A stretch of 52,174 nt of DNA from Candidatus Coatesbacteria bacterium (lineage in GTDB: Bacteria; JAFGND01): positions 1 through 52,174 of the forward strand of contig JAFGND010000036.1 in assembly GCA_016927185.1 (NCBI GenBank). Direction: 5' to 3'. The position numbers and the translations under genes are program-made. Shown one piece after another: positions 8,560-17,366 of this stretch (positions within the stretch are counted from its first letter, which is position 1; the number at the start of each line of letters is the position of its first letter). The notes under the pieces are model-generated. The model ran no database searches. It was not told the DNA's origin and worked only from the letters and a program-made list of their open reading frames with translations.

Positions 8560-9418
8560 TACTGGTAAAATCCTTGATTTTATTGAATATTTCCTGGAAG
8601 TGTACTATATATTTAGGGAAAGTCTCTATTACAGGAATTCCTTTTGAATAGCTAATTGCAATATCTTTGCTGAAAGGAATTTTCATTAAAACTGGAATAT
8701 TTTCTTTCTGACAATATTCTTCCACTTCTCTGTTCCCGATATCAGAGCGATTAATTACTACCCCAAAAGGTATCTTTAATTTCTTAACAAGCCCTGCAGC
8801 TAAAATCAAATCGTTTAACCCAAATGGTGTAGGCTCGGTTACCAATATTGTATAATCACTATCCTTGACTGATGCAACAACAGGACAAGATGTTCCCGGA
8901 GGAGCATCAATTATAGCAATTTTTTCAAGACTGATATTTTTCTTGATTTTCCGGATAAGTGGTAAAGCCATTGCTTCTCCAACATTAAGCCTGCCATGGA
9001 TAAAGTCTATATTATCACTATCCCCTTTCTCTATAATACCTATTTCTTTATGTACTTCCTTTATAGCATTTTGAGGACAGAGATTGCTGCAAGCACCACA
9101 ACCATGGCAGAGATTATTAAATACTAAAGTAGTCCCTTTTTTAAAATTTTGTGGTGGGAGTACTGCTATTGCATTATAGACACAAATCTTGGAACATTTG
9201 CCACAGAAATTGCATTTTGCTTCATCTATTTCAGGAACAGGTATATATCCTTTATTTTGCTCCTTTATAACAGGTTTCAAAAAAATATGTGCATTAGGTT
9301 CCTCAACATCACAATCAAGAAATTGAACATTGCAATCATCTTTCATGGATAAAGCAAGGTTTACAGCAACGGTGGTTTTTCCCGTGCCACCTTTTCCACT
9401 AGCTACGGCTATAATCAT
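8552..9418 (-). CDS. Second MinD-superfamily ferredoxin-ATPase (COG1149)
   Basis: SGKGGTGKTT, DCDVEEPN, CNFCGKC...C, CHGCGAC...CP, DAPPGTSCP, VTEPTPFG. Confidence 0.92.
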   Translation of the reverse strand: MIIAVASGKGGTGKTTVAVNLALSMKDDCNVQFLDCDVEEPNAHIFLKPVIKEQNKGYIPVPEIDEAKCNFCGKCSKICVYNAIAVLPPQNFKKGTTLVFNNLCHGCGACSNLCPQNAIKEVHKEIGIIEKGDSDNIDFIHGRLNVGEAMALPLIRKIKKNISLEKIAIIDAPPGTSCPVVASVKDSDYTILVTEPTPFGLNDLILAAGLVKKLKIPFGVVINRSDIGNREVEEYCQKENIPVLMKIPFSKDIAISYSKGIPVIETFPKYIVHFQEIFNKIKDFTSNV

Positions 9419-9455
9419 ACTGTTAGTATCCTTTTATCTAAAAAGATTTATTCCT

Positions 9456-9686
9456 CTATCCCCTGATCATTTGAGCACCACATTTGGGGCACTTCATTTC
9501 AGTACAGGGAATACCAGCTTGATGAGGTATTTTTTCGCGGCATGCAGGATTAGGGCAAATGCAAAAATCATTCATACTGACTTGAGAAAGATTTGCAGAA
9601 TTTCTCCCTCTATTTCCTTTTCTTCCCATACCTTTACCTCTTCCCTGTCCTTGCTTAGAAGAACCTGTTCCATTAAAGCCTGGCAT
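9456..9686 (-). CDS. Small Gly/Arg-rich protein with Cys-rich metal-binding C terminus
   Basis: MPGFNGTG start after GGAGGT; CICPNPAC..H..GIPC...KCPKCG. Confidence 0.8.
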   Translation of the reverse strand: MPGFNGTGSSKQGQGRGKGMGRKGNRGRNSANLSQVSMNDFCICPNPACREKIPHQAGIPCTEMKCPKCGAQMIRG

Positions 9687-9706
9687 ATTAACCTCCATTT
9701 CAATTT

Positions 9707-10084
9707 TCATTTATTTTTATTTGGCATACCCGCTTTTGAACCAACACTTGGACTAGATACCGATGATAGTTCACCTTTTCCATACTTTTCAATTGTTTCC
9801 TTGACTGTGCCTGAAGCACCTGTAAAAATTTCTATACCTGCTGCCTGCAATGTTTGAAATGCATTAGGTCCGACATTTCCTGTAATAACAGCTTTAGCTT
9901 GTTTTGAAGCAACTAATTGAGCAGATTGAATTCCCACTCCCCCCATTGCTTCAAGATTTGAATTCATTATAGCTTCAAATTCCATGGTATCCGTATCAAC
10001 AATAATATAATACTGACACCTTCCAAATCTGTAATCCACTTTAGAATCCAGATTATTTCCTTCAGAAGTGACACATATTTTCAT
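9707..10084 (-). CDS. NifB/NifX-family cofactor-binding protein
   Basis: RFGRC, GGVGIQSAQ, ITGNVGPNAF. Confidence 0.9.
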   Translation of the reverse strand: MKICVTSEGNNLDSKVDYRFGRCQYYIIVDTDTMEFEAIMNSNLEAMGGVGIQSAQLVASKQAKAVITGNVGPNAFQTLQAAGIEIFTGASGTVKETIEKYGKGELSSVSSPSVGSKAGMPNKNK

Positions 10085-10098
10085 AATTCATTCCTCCC

Positions 10099-10497
10099 TT
10101 AGTGTTTGCAATCTTCTTCGTGTGGATGATCACATTCCTCTTTTTCCAGACCATATCCCTTGCCTGAACTAGGTTTACAAAGACTTTCGCCACCTTTTAG
10201 AGTTCCTTTCTTAATCTGCTCAATAACATCGTCCACTTTTCCACTTATCCCAACCACTGTTTTAATACCATATTCCTCAAAAATGGAAATTGCTCTCATA
10301 CCCATGCCACCACAAACAATTGTCTTTGCCCCTTTTTCATGTAAGAATTGAGGAATGAATCCTGGCTGATGTCCAGGATTTGCAACTACAAATCTTTCTT
10401 TTATCTCTTCGCCATCAATGTCAATAATAGTAAATGATGGGCATCTGCCAAAATGAGCAGATACGAAATCCCCATCTGTTGAAATTGCTATTTTCAT
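10099..10497 (-). CDS. NifB/NifX-family cofactor-binding protein with Cys/His-rich tail
   Basis: SAHFGRC, NPGHQPG, GGMGMRA, tail C...CDHPHEEDCKH. Confidence 0.9.
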   Translation of the reverse strand: MKIAISTDGDFVSAHFGRCPSFTIIDIDGEEIKERFVVANPGHQPGFIPQFLHEKGAKTIVCGGMGMRAISIFEEYGIKTVVGISGKVDDVIEQIKKGTLKGGESLCKPSSGKGYGLEKEECDHPHEEDCKH

Positions 10498-10523
10498 AAA
10501 CTTGTCCTCCGTCTTTAAAATTC

Positions 10524-10562
10524 TTGATGGGGAATAGAAACTAGTGATCTACTCCCCATCAA
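10524..10562. other. Intra-operon stem-loop
   Basis: TTGATGGGGA(A)TAGA ... TCTA(C)TCCCCATCAA inverted repeat. Confidence 0.7.
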
Positions 10563-10570
10563 AATAATCA

Positions 10571-10957
10571 TCATTCTTGTGTACTCATTTTTTCCAGGGT
10601 TTCTATTCGATTTTGTATGTCTTCGAGCTCTTTTTTCAATATTTCTGCTTGATTTTTCAGGATTTCCGCTTCCTGCTTCTGATTAAGCTCTGTGCCATAA
10701 GGATTCGGATATGGGTTTACCTGTCCAGCAAAAGCAGGATATCCCATAGACATCCTGTACCAGCCAGGAGTCCCAAAAGCATTGTACATATGTCTGTAAC
10801 CTCTGCCACCAAAACTGAATCCTCTTCCCCTGCCTAAAGCGCCTCTGTTAGAGACTGGATTCATAAATCCGGGCGTTGAAAATCCAGAGCAGTAACCAGC
10901 TGCTCTTCCAGTCATTGGACCTAAACCTGTTGGACCAGTTCTATCTCCTCTTGGCAT
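10571..10957 (-). CDS. DUF5320-family protein
   Basis: MPRGDRTGPTGLGPMTGRAAGYC start, RG-rich middle, C-terminal coiled coil; RBS AAGGAGGTG. Confidence 0.9.
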   Translation of the reverse strand: MPRGDRTGPTGLGPMTGRAAGYCSGFSTPGFMNPVSNRGALGRGRGFSFGGRGYRHMYNAFGTPGWYRMSMGYPAFAGQVNPYPNPYGTELNQKQEAEILKNQAEILKKELEDIQNRIETLEKMSTQE

Positions 10958-11106
10958 CTTAATCACCTCCTTTCATAAGATATTTAGTATTAATTATACT
11001 TAAATTCATTCCTGTCTTATAATTTTCATTATCAAATTCTATATTAAATTTATATGTTGAAATTTCTATCATATTAAAGCACATCATTCTTTATCATGTT
11101 ATAGAT

Positions 11107-11128
11107 ATTGAAAACCATTTCCATTAAT
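11107..11128. promoter_or_regulatory. Fur-box-like operator upstream of the DUF5320 operon
   Basis: ATTGAAAACCATTTCCATT, near-identical to the site at 11634. Confidence 0.6.
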
Positions 11129-11147
11129 AGAGAAAAAAACAAGACAC

Positions 11148-11621
11148 TCATTCTTTGCCAGCACACTCCTTGCAAAATCCATAAAACTGTATTGTATGAT
11201 TGGTAATCTTGAAATTATATTTAAGTGACAAACCTTTCTCTATTTGATCAATAAGCTCTATTACATCATCTATATAGTCAGTATAATCTATAATCCTGTT
11301 GCAATTAACGCAAATCAAATGAAGATGATAGTTGAGTCCTTTTGTATTCTCTACCAGTTCATATCTAGCTCTTCCATCTCCGAAATCGAATTTAAAAATG
11401 ATGCCTATATTAACTAAAATATCTAGAGTGCGATAAATTGTTGTCAGTCCGATATTTGGATATTTAGGATGTACCCTCATATAAATATCTTCTGCACTTA
11501 AATGCTTGTTAGCTTTAGTCAGGACATCTATTATTGCTTCCCTGCTTAATGTAATTCTATAACCGCAGCCTTTAAATTTTCCTTGCCACCATGCTGCACC
11601 CATACCGTTTCTTCTTGGCAT
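11148..11621 (-). CDS. Fur-family transcriptional regulator
   Basis: HLSAEDIY, GLTTIYRTL, HLHLICVNC, FYGFCKEC. Confidence 0.95.
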   Translation of the reverse strand: MPRRNGMGAAWWQGKFKGCGYRITLSREAIIDVLTKANKHLSAEDIYMRVHPKYPNIGLTTIYRTLDILVNIGIIFKFDFGDGRARYELVENTKGLNYHLHLICVNCNRIIDYTDYIDDVIELIDQIEKGLSLKYNFKITNHTIQFYGFCKECAGKE

Positions 11622-11633
11622 ATCTCTTCCTTC

Positions 11634-11654
11634 ATGAAAATGATTTCCATTATT
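11634..11654. promoter_or_regulatory. Fur-box-like operator upstream of the Fur-family gene
   Basis: ATGAAAATGATTTCCATT, between a minus-strand TTGACA (11672-11677) and the start codon. Confidence 0.6.
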
Positions 11655-11696
11655 AATTAGGTGTTTTTTTCTGTCAAGAGTTTTTTAAAAAACCTT

Positions 11697-11869
11697 ATTT
11701 TTTTCTATTGACAAAAAACATTGCAATAATTATATGTTAAATAACTCTAACATTGAGGAGAGAAAACTGGTAATGATTATAAATCAAACATCTATAGAAA
11801 GCGATTTTTTTTCTATTGACAAAAAAACATAAAGATATTATTATGTTAGGGCAGTCTAATATTAAGGAG
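11697..11869 (+). promoter_or_regulatory. Tandemly duplicated sigma70 promoter + DtxR-like operator + RBS upstream of feoA
   Basis: TTTTTTTCTATTGACAAAAAA at ~11698 and ~11806, each followed by TATGTTA-N8-TAA and (G/A)AGGAG. Confidence 0.75.
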
Positions 11870-11881
11870 GATTAACAGGAA

Positions 11882-12151
11882 ATGAGACCAAATCATGCAT
11901 CTGCAAACAATGAATTCAATAAGCCTTTAATTCCATTGTCAGAATTGAAAGAAGGGGATCTTTTCATTATAAGAGAATTTAGGGGATGCAATAGATTTGC
12001 CTACAGATTGATTTCTATGGGATTATATGCAGGAGTTCCACTTATAGTCATGAAGAAAAGCTTCAGCGGAAGGATGATAATAAAATCAGGTGTAAACAGC
12101 ATTGGCCTGGGTTGTGGTGAGATAAGCAAAATCTGGGTGGAGAAAATCTGA
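11882..12151 (+). CDS. feoA: Ferrous iron transport protein A
   Basis: LSELKEG, RLISMGL, KIWVE; directly upstream of feoB. Confidence 0.9.
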   Translation: MRPNHASANNEFNKPLIPLSELKEGDLFIIREFRGCNRFAYRLISMGLYAGVPLIVMKKSFSGRMIIKSGVNSIGLGCGEISKIWVEKI

Positions 12152-12186
12152 AATAAGTTAGATTAATATAACATAAAAGGAATATA

Positions 12187-14319
12187 ATGAATAATGATAT
12201 AAAAATAGCTTTATTAGGTAACCCTAATTCAGGTAAAACCTCAGTTTTCAATTTCCTTACAGGAACAAATCAGATAGTAGCAAATTATCCAGGGGTTACA
12301 GTAGAAAAAAAGGAAGGCTTTTTTAATTATAATGGTTACAACATAAATGTCATAGATTTGCCGGGTATCTATTCCTTTACTGCATACAGCCTTGATGAAA
12401 GAGTAGTGCAGCAATACATCTTGAATGAAAAACCTGATTTCCTGATAAATGTTATTGATGCAGGTAATCTTGAGAGGAATCTTTATCTGACTGTCCAGCT
12501 TATAGAGCTTGGAATTCCTTTCATAATAGACCTCAATATGTATGATATGCTTGAGGAAAGAAAAACCAGGGTTGACTTAGAGAAATTCAAGGAGATATTC
12601 AAAACAGAGATAATCACAACAATTGGAAATAAGGGTACTGGTATAGATGATCTCAAGAAAGCAATAATAGAGTTCAGCTTAAGGAAGCAGAATCCAGGCA
12701 AGATAAATATAAGATATAATGAAAGGATTCTTTCTTCAAAAAGAAAAATAGAGGACTTTCTCGCTGAAAATCTTGATTCTGGAATTTCAGTTTCTACTGA
12801 CTGGCTCTCATTGAAACTTCTTGAAAGAGATCCCTACCAGATGGATTATATTGCCTCAATTTCAAAAGATTCAAAGAAATTCGCGGATTACATGGAAAAT
12901 CTACATAATGAGTTTTTTTCTCTGTATCATGAAAGACCTGAAATAGCAGTTGCAAATGCAAGATATGCTTTTATTGCTGGAGCTTATCACAGCTTTGCCT
13001 CTTCAAGCGGGGAATTGGAGATGACTATTTCAGACAAGATAGATCATGTAGTAACCCATAGTGCTCTTGGAGTTGTCATCCTTTTTATAGTGCTTTTTAC
13101 TGCATACAAGCTTGTATTTGATCTGGGAGAATATCCATCAGAACTTATTCAAAAAGCTTTTAATCTTATCGGGGATATGATTCCCAGAATAATATCCAAT
13201 GATTTTCTGCAAAGCCTTATTAAAGATGGAGTTATTGCAGGAATGGGAGGTGTACTGGGTTTCGTTCCAATAATATTCTTGATGTTTGTTTTCATTGCAA
13301 TACTGGAAGATTCTGGCTACATGGCAAGAATTGCATTCCTGTTTGATTCACTTTTAAGGAAGTTCGGTTTGCATGGAAGCAGTATAATATCAATCATAAT
13401 ATCTGGAGGCATAACAGGCGGTTGCGCAGTTCCAGGAGTTCTTGCCACAAGAATAATGAGATCGGATAAGGAGAGACTTGCTACAATTGCAATACTTCCT
13501 TTTTTCAGCTGTGGAGCAAAACTTCCTGTTTATGCTGTTATAATCTCAGCATTTTTCGAGAACCAAAGAGCCTTGATACTTATAATATTAACAGTATTGT
13601 CATGGATAATAGCTCTTTCAGCATCTCTTTTGATCAGAAAAACGATATTGAAAGGACCATCTGAAACTTTTGTAATTGAACTGCCATCTTATCATATCCC
13701 TACATTCAGAAGCGTTATGCAACGAACCTGGTTGAGAACCTGGATGTACATAAAGAAAGCTGGAACCATAATACTGTTGATTAATATAATCTTGTGGTTC
13801 TTGATGAGATATCCAGATCTTGGCAAGGATAGAAAGGAATATTATAACAGCATGAGAAACAATGTGTCCCATGTTGATGAGATAAAGAAACTGGATAACC
13901 TTGAAGCACAAGAAAGGCTTGAAAACAGTATTGCAGGTAGGATTGGAAAATTCATGGTGCATGCTGGAAGATATATAGGATCTGACTTCAGGATGAATAT
14001 TGCCTTGATTGGTGGACTTGCTGCGAAAGAGTTAATACTTTCTACTTTAAGTACTGCATACTCCCTTGGGGAAACAGATGATGAAAGTTCAATAGCAGAG
14101 GTTTTTAAAGATCCCATGAATGGCTGGAACAGACTTAAAGCATTCTCAGTACTCATTTTTATAATGCTTTATGCCCCATGTTTTGCAACCCTGATTATAA
14201 TACTGAAAGAAACTGGCTTGAGATGGATGCTATTCACCTTTGCTTATACAACAACGATTGCTTATATTATCTCATTGATGGTATATCAAGGTGGATTGCT
14301 ATTAAAGAGTATTTTCTAA
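12187..14319 (+). CDS. feoB: Ferrous iron transport protein B
   Basis: GNPNSGKT, NYPGVTVE, DLPGIYS, LEDSGYMAR, ELPSY, LYAPC. Confidence 0.97.
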   Translation: MNNDIKIALLGNPNSGKTSVFNFLTGTNQIVANYPGVTVEKKEGFFNYNGYNINVIDLPGIYSFTAYSLDERVVQQYILNEKPDFLINVIDAGNLERNLYLTVQLIELGIPFIIDLNMYDMLEERKTRVDLEKFKEIFKTEIITTIGNKGTGIDDLKKAIIEFSLRKQNPGKINIRYNERILSSKRKIEDFLAENLDSGISVSTDWLSLKLLERDPYQMDYIASISKDSKKFADYMENLHNEFFSLYHERPEIAVANARYAFIAGAYHSFASSSGELEMTISDKIDHVVTHSALGVVILFIVLFTAYKLVFDLGEYPSELIQKAFNLIGDMIPRIISNDFLQSLIKDGVIAGMGGVLGFVPIIFLMFVFIAILEDSGYMARIAFLFDSLLRKFGLHGSSIISIIISGGITGGCAVPGVLATRIMRSDKERLATIAILPFFSCGAKLPVYAVIISAFFENQRALILIILTVLSWIIALSASLLIRKTILKGPSETFVIELPSYHIPTFRSVMQRTWLRTWMYIKKAGTIILLINIILWFLMRYPDLGKDRKEYYNSMRNNVSHVDEIKKLDNLEAQERLENSIAGRIGKFMVHAGRYIGSDFRMNIALIGGLAAKELILSTLSTAYSLGETDDESSIAEVFKDPMNGWNRLKAFSVLIFIMLYAPCFATLIIILKETGLRWMLFTFAYTTTIAYIISLMVYQGGLLLKSIF

Positions 14320-16166
14320 ATGAAGTATTTTTCGTACCAAATCTGGAACTGGATTAATGTGAAAATAATCCTGCTGTGATCGAATTTGCCACTTCTGTGT
14401 TCCTTAAGTATCATTTCTGTTTTGTCAATGTCAAGCAAACTATGCTTTTGAAGCCTTTTTCTTGATAGAAGCTCGTCAACGAATCTGTTCTTGATATTTC
14501 TGAAGAATGCTCCAAGCGGTAAATCGAATCCCTTTTTAGGTGCCTTGAGGTATTCTTCAGGAAGTTTGCCTGCAGCGATTTTCTTTAACAGGGGTTTCAA
14601 CCTGAATGAAGTGAATTTCATCCTGTCTGGAAAAGAGAAAAGATAATCAAAGAGAGCAATGTCAAGGAAAGGGGATCTTATTTCTAAACTGCAGCTCATG
14701 CCAATTCTGTCATTTATTATCAGAAGGTTTTCTCTTAGATTTGTCACTATCTCAACAATCAATAGAGTGTTGAGCATTGTCTGATGTTCGCAAAGAGAGA
14801 ATTTTCTCATCAATTCATTTTCAAGAGAAGTGATATCTCCTGAGAAAAGCCTGATTCCATTAAACTGGTCACGGGATTTGAAATATGATTTCTGATAAGG
14901 TAAACCAATGGATGAAATGGAATTAAATATCCATCTTGCCATGTTACGAAACTTGTTTTCCCTTCCGCTTGGAATTGTACTTCTGAGAATCTCTCCAATA
15001 TTCCTAATGAAGGAAGGCAGGCAGCCAATTTTGCCAGATAATGATGAAAAGAGCAATCTTCTGTATCCCAGGAATAGCTCATCTCCCCCCATTCCTGACA
15101 AGGCAACCTTGAATCCAAGTTCTTTTCCAACCTTTTCACATATAATTCTTGTAAGAAGTGAAGTAGGATCAGTTAGTGGTTCATTGAGGCTGTAAACAAT
15201 GCTTCTCAAATCCTCTTCCATTATTGATGGAATATCAAGAAATTGATGTTTCAGATTGTATCTTGAGACAATGGTTTTTATTGTACTGCTCTCGTCATAA
15301 AATTCTTCTGCCGGTTTCAATGAAAAATGAGAGAGATCAGCTCCTGCTTCCCTTGCCATAGCTGCAATTAGAGCAGAATCTATTCCTCCGCTCAAGAAAA
15401 CTGACACAGGTGTATCTGAAATCAGCCTTTTTTTCACTGCACTTCTTATCAAATCCTCTGTTGTTCTGGCTGAGAATTCCTGTTCATCTGAGATCTTCGT
15501 GAAAGGGAAATCACTGTATTCTGATATTTCAATTTTACTGTTTCTGAATATTGCATAATGTGAAGCTGGAAGGGAGAAAATGCCCTTGAAAATACTTTCT
15601 GCATATATATTGAAACCGAAATAAAACAGTGATGCAAGTGCTTCTGTGTTTATTTCAAGGGGCTTGAAGAATGCAATTGAATCTATCTCTGATGAAAAAA
15701 CTAATTCATGTTCTGTATTTGTTCTGTAATACAATGGTTTCTGCCCGAACTTGTCTCTTGCCATATATAAGGTTTTTTGCTTGAAATCATACAGGGTAAA
15801 TGCAAAGAAACCATCCAGCCTCTTGAATGAATCTGTGTTTTCTTCTTCGAACAAGTGAATGATTATTTCAGAATCGGTTCTTGAAGAGAATTTATGTCCT
15901 TTTTTCAGAAGTTCATTTCTCAGTTCCGATGCATTATAAATCTCACCATTGTAGACAAGCACCATGGATTTATCTTCATTATAAATTGGCTGACTTCCAC
16001 CTTCAATATCAATTATACTTAATCTAGTATGCCCCAATGATACTTCTGAAGAGATATGAAATCCTGAAGAATCAGGTCCTCTGTGATGCAGTTTTTTGGT
16101 TATGATTAATATATCTTTTTCTGCATTTTTCTGATTCTTGCTTATGATACCGCAAATTCCGCACAT
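14316..16166 (-). CDS. asnB: Asparagine synthase-family class II amidotransferase
   Basis: MCGICG, HRGPD, RLSIID, NGEIYN, LSGGIDS, SGMGGDE, EIRSPFLD, KKGF. Confidence 0.9.
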   Translation of the reverse strand: MCGICGIISKNQKNAEKDILIITKKLHHRGPDSSGFHISSEVSLGHTRLSIIDIEGGSQPIYNEDKSMVLVYNGEIYNASELRNELLKKGHKFSSRTDSEIIIHLFEEENTDSFKRLDGFFAFTLYDFKQKTLYMARDKFGQKPLYYRTNTEHELVFSSEIDSIAFFKPLEINTEALASLFYFGFNIYAESIFKGIFSLPASHYAIFRNSKIEISEYSDFPFTKISDEQEFSARTTEDLIRSAVKKRLISDTPVSVFLSGGIDSALIAAMAREAGADLSHFSLKPAEEFYDESSTIKTIVSRYNLKHQFLDIPSIMEEDLRSIVYSLNEPLTDPTSLLTRIICEKVGKELGFKVALSGMGGDELFLGYRRLLFSSLSGKIGCLPSFIRNIGEILRSTIPSGRENKFRNMARWIFNSISSIGLPYQKSYFKSRDQFNGIRLFSGDITSLENELMRKFSLCEHQTMLNTLLIVEIVTNLRENLLIINDRIGMSCSLEIRSPFLDIALFDYLFSFPDRMKFTSFRLKPLLKKIAAGKLPEEYLKAPKKGFDLPLGAFFRNIKNRFVDELLSRKRLQKHSLLDIDKTEMILKEHRSGKFDHSRIIFTLIQFQIWYEKYFI

Positions 16167-16169
16167 TTT

Positions 16170-17171
16170 CTAGAAATACTCTTGCCAGTGACGTTTTATC
16201 CAGTCACCCTGATTACCTTGTATGCTTTTGATATTAGCTTCGAAAAATGATGCTCCAGCTACATTGCAATCCTTGAAAAGAGTATTGGATAAAATTGCTC
16301 TGTCAAAGCAAGCTGTTGAAAGATCGCATCCCTCGAAAACTGTATCAGTAAGATTGGCTCCAGTAAATATTGCTCCTGTCAAGTCAAGACTTGGAGTAAT
16401 CCCGAATTTCCTTTCTCTCCTTCCCTTGAATTCAGCATTAGTAAGATCAGCACCACTAAAGTCTGAATGAATAAGCAACGTATTTATAAAATGAGCACTC
16501 TGCAAGGATGCACCGTGTGCGAAACATGCAATAAGCGAAGTAGGTTCAAACATATCCAGTTCTTCATTGTCCGTGAAAAATGCCCCCTTGAATTGTGAAC
16601 CTGTCATTTGTATGCATGCAAGGTTGCATGAGATGAAAAGTGATGTCTCTGCTTTCACTCCAGTAAAATTTGCCAAAGGTGATTTAAGCCTGTTTGCATC
16701 GAGTCTAGTTATATTAGCAAATGACAAATCTATTTTTGGAATGAAGCATTTATTCATTTTCACTCCCTCAAGATTTGCAAAACTGAATGAAATACAGAAA
16801 CCATCGATATTATTCATCTGAGCATCAGTGAGGATTGCTCCCCCGAAATCGCATAGATGAAATCTTATGTTCTCAATTCTTGATTTCATGAATTTAGCTT
16901 TCTTGAATGAACTTCTGGAAAGAAAGAAATCCTTGAGTCTTGAATTGGAAAAATCAGAGAAATCACTATTAATTTCACTCAATTTAAGAATTTCAGGAGT
17001 ATCAAGATTTGAAACCGGACCTGCTATTTCAACATCGGTTAAATCCTGACCCCTTAGATCCAGCTTATCAATAAAAAGTGATGGAGTCAAAAAAAACTGG
17101 GGATTCTTCCTGAGGAAATCCCCTATATTGCCACTCTCAGCTGCTTCTTTTAAAAGCTGTATGTCCGGCAT
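16170..17171 (-). CDS. Pentapeptide-repeat protein
   Basis: Many A(D/N)LXX/SXFXX repeats (SDFSGADLTNAEF, AIFTGANLTDTVF). Confidence 0.9.
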   Translation of the reverse strand: MPDIQLLKEAAESGNIGDFLRKNPQFFLTPSLFIDKLDLRGQDLTDVEIAGPVSNLDTPEILKLSEINSDFSDFSNSRLKDFFLSRSSFKKAKFMKSRIENIRFHLCDFGGAILTDAQMNNIDGFCISFSFANLEGVKMNKCFIPKIDLSFANITRLDANRLKSPLANFTGVKAETSLFISCNLACIQMTGSQFKGAFFTDNEELDMFEPTSLIACFAHGASLQSAHFINTLLIHSDFSGADLTNAEFKGRRERKFGITPSLDLTGAIFTGANLTDTVFEGCDLSTACFDRAILSNTLFKDCNVAGASFFEANIKSIQGNQGDWIKRHWQEYF

Positions 17172-17175
17172 AAGA

Positions 17176-17364
17176 TCAAGCAGAAAAGAATTTTGGAACA
17201 AAAAACAAGAGCAAAGAAAGAATAAGAATAATTAAACCAGCAAGCATTACAGTTGCACTTGAAATAATGTAGGAGGTTTTTTTCTTGGGTTTGTTCAGGA
17301 ACCACATTCCTCCCATTATACCTGCAAAGCCTATAATTATCCCTAAAATATATAATATTTTCAT
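17176..17364 (-). CDS. Small two-TM membrane protein
   Basis: Two hydrophobic helices; fills the gap between lpxC-fabZ and the pentapeptide gene; GGAGG upstream. Confidence 0.7.
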   Translation of the reverse strand: MKILYILGIIIGFAGIMGGMWFLNKPKKKTSYIISSATVMLAGLIILILSLLLFFVPKFFSA

Positions 17365-17366
17365 GA

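Noticed and set aside
9330..9857. 175-aa plus-strand ORF and other long antisense ORFs (e.g. 18413..18949, 33382..33858, 50432..50896)
   Set aside because: They overlap well-supported opposite-strand genes and have no recognisable motifs
7100..10497. Nitrogen fixation cluster
   Set aside because: NifX-like, NifU-like and MinD-like families occur widely outside diazotrophs; no nifHDK/nifEN, and the ATPases lack NifH motifs
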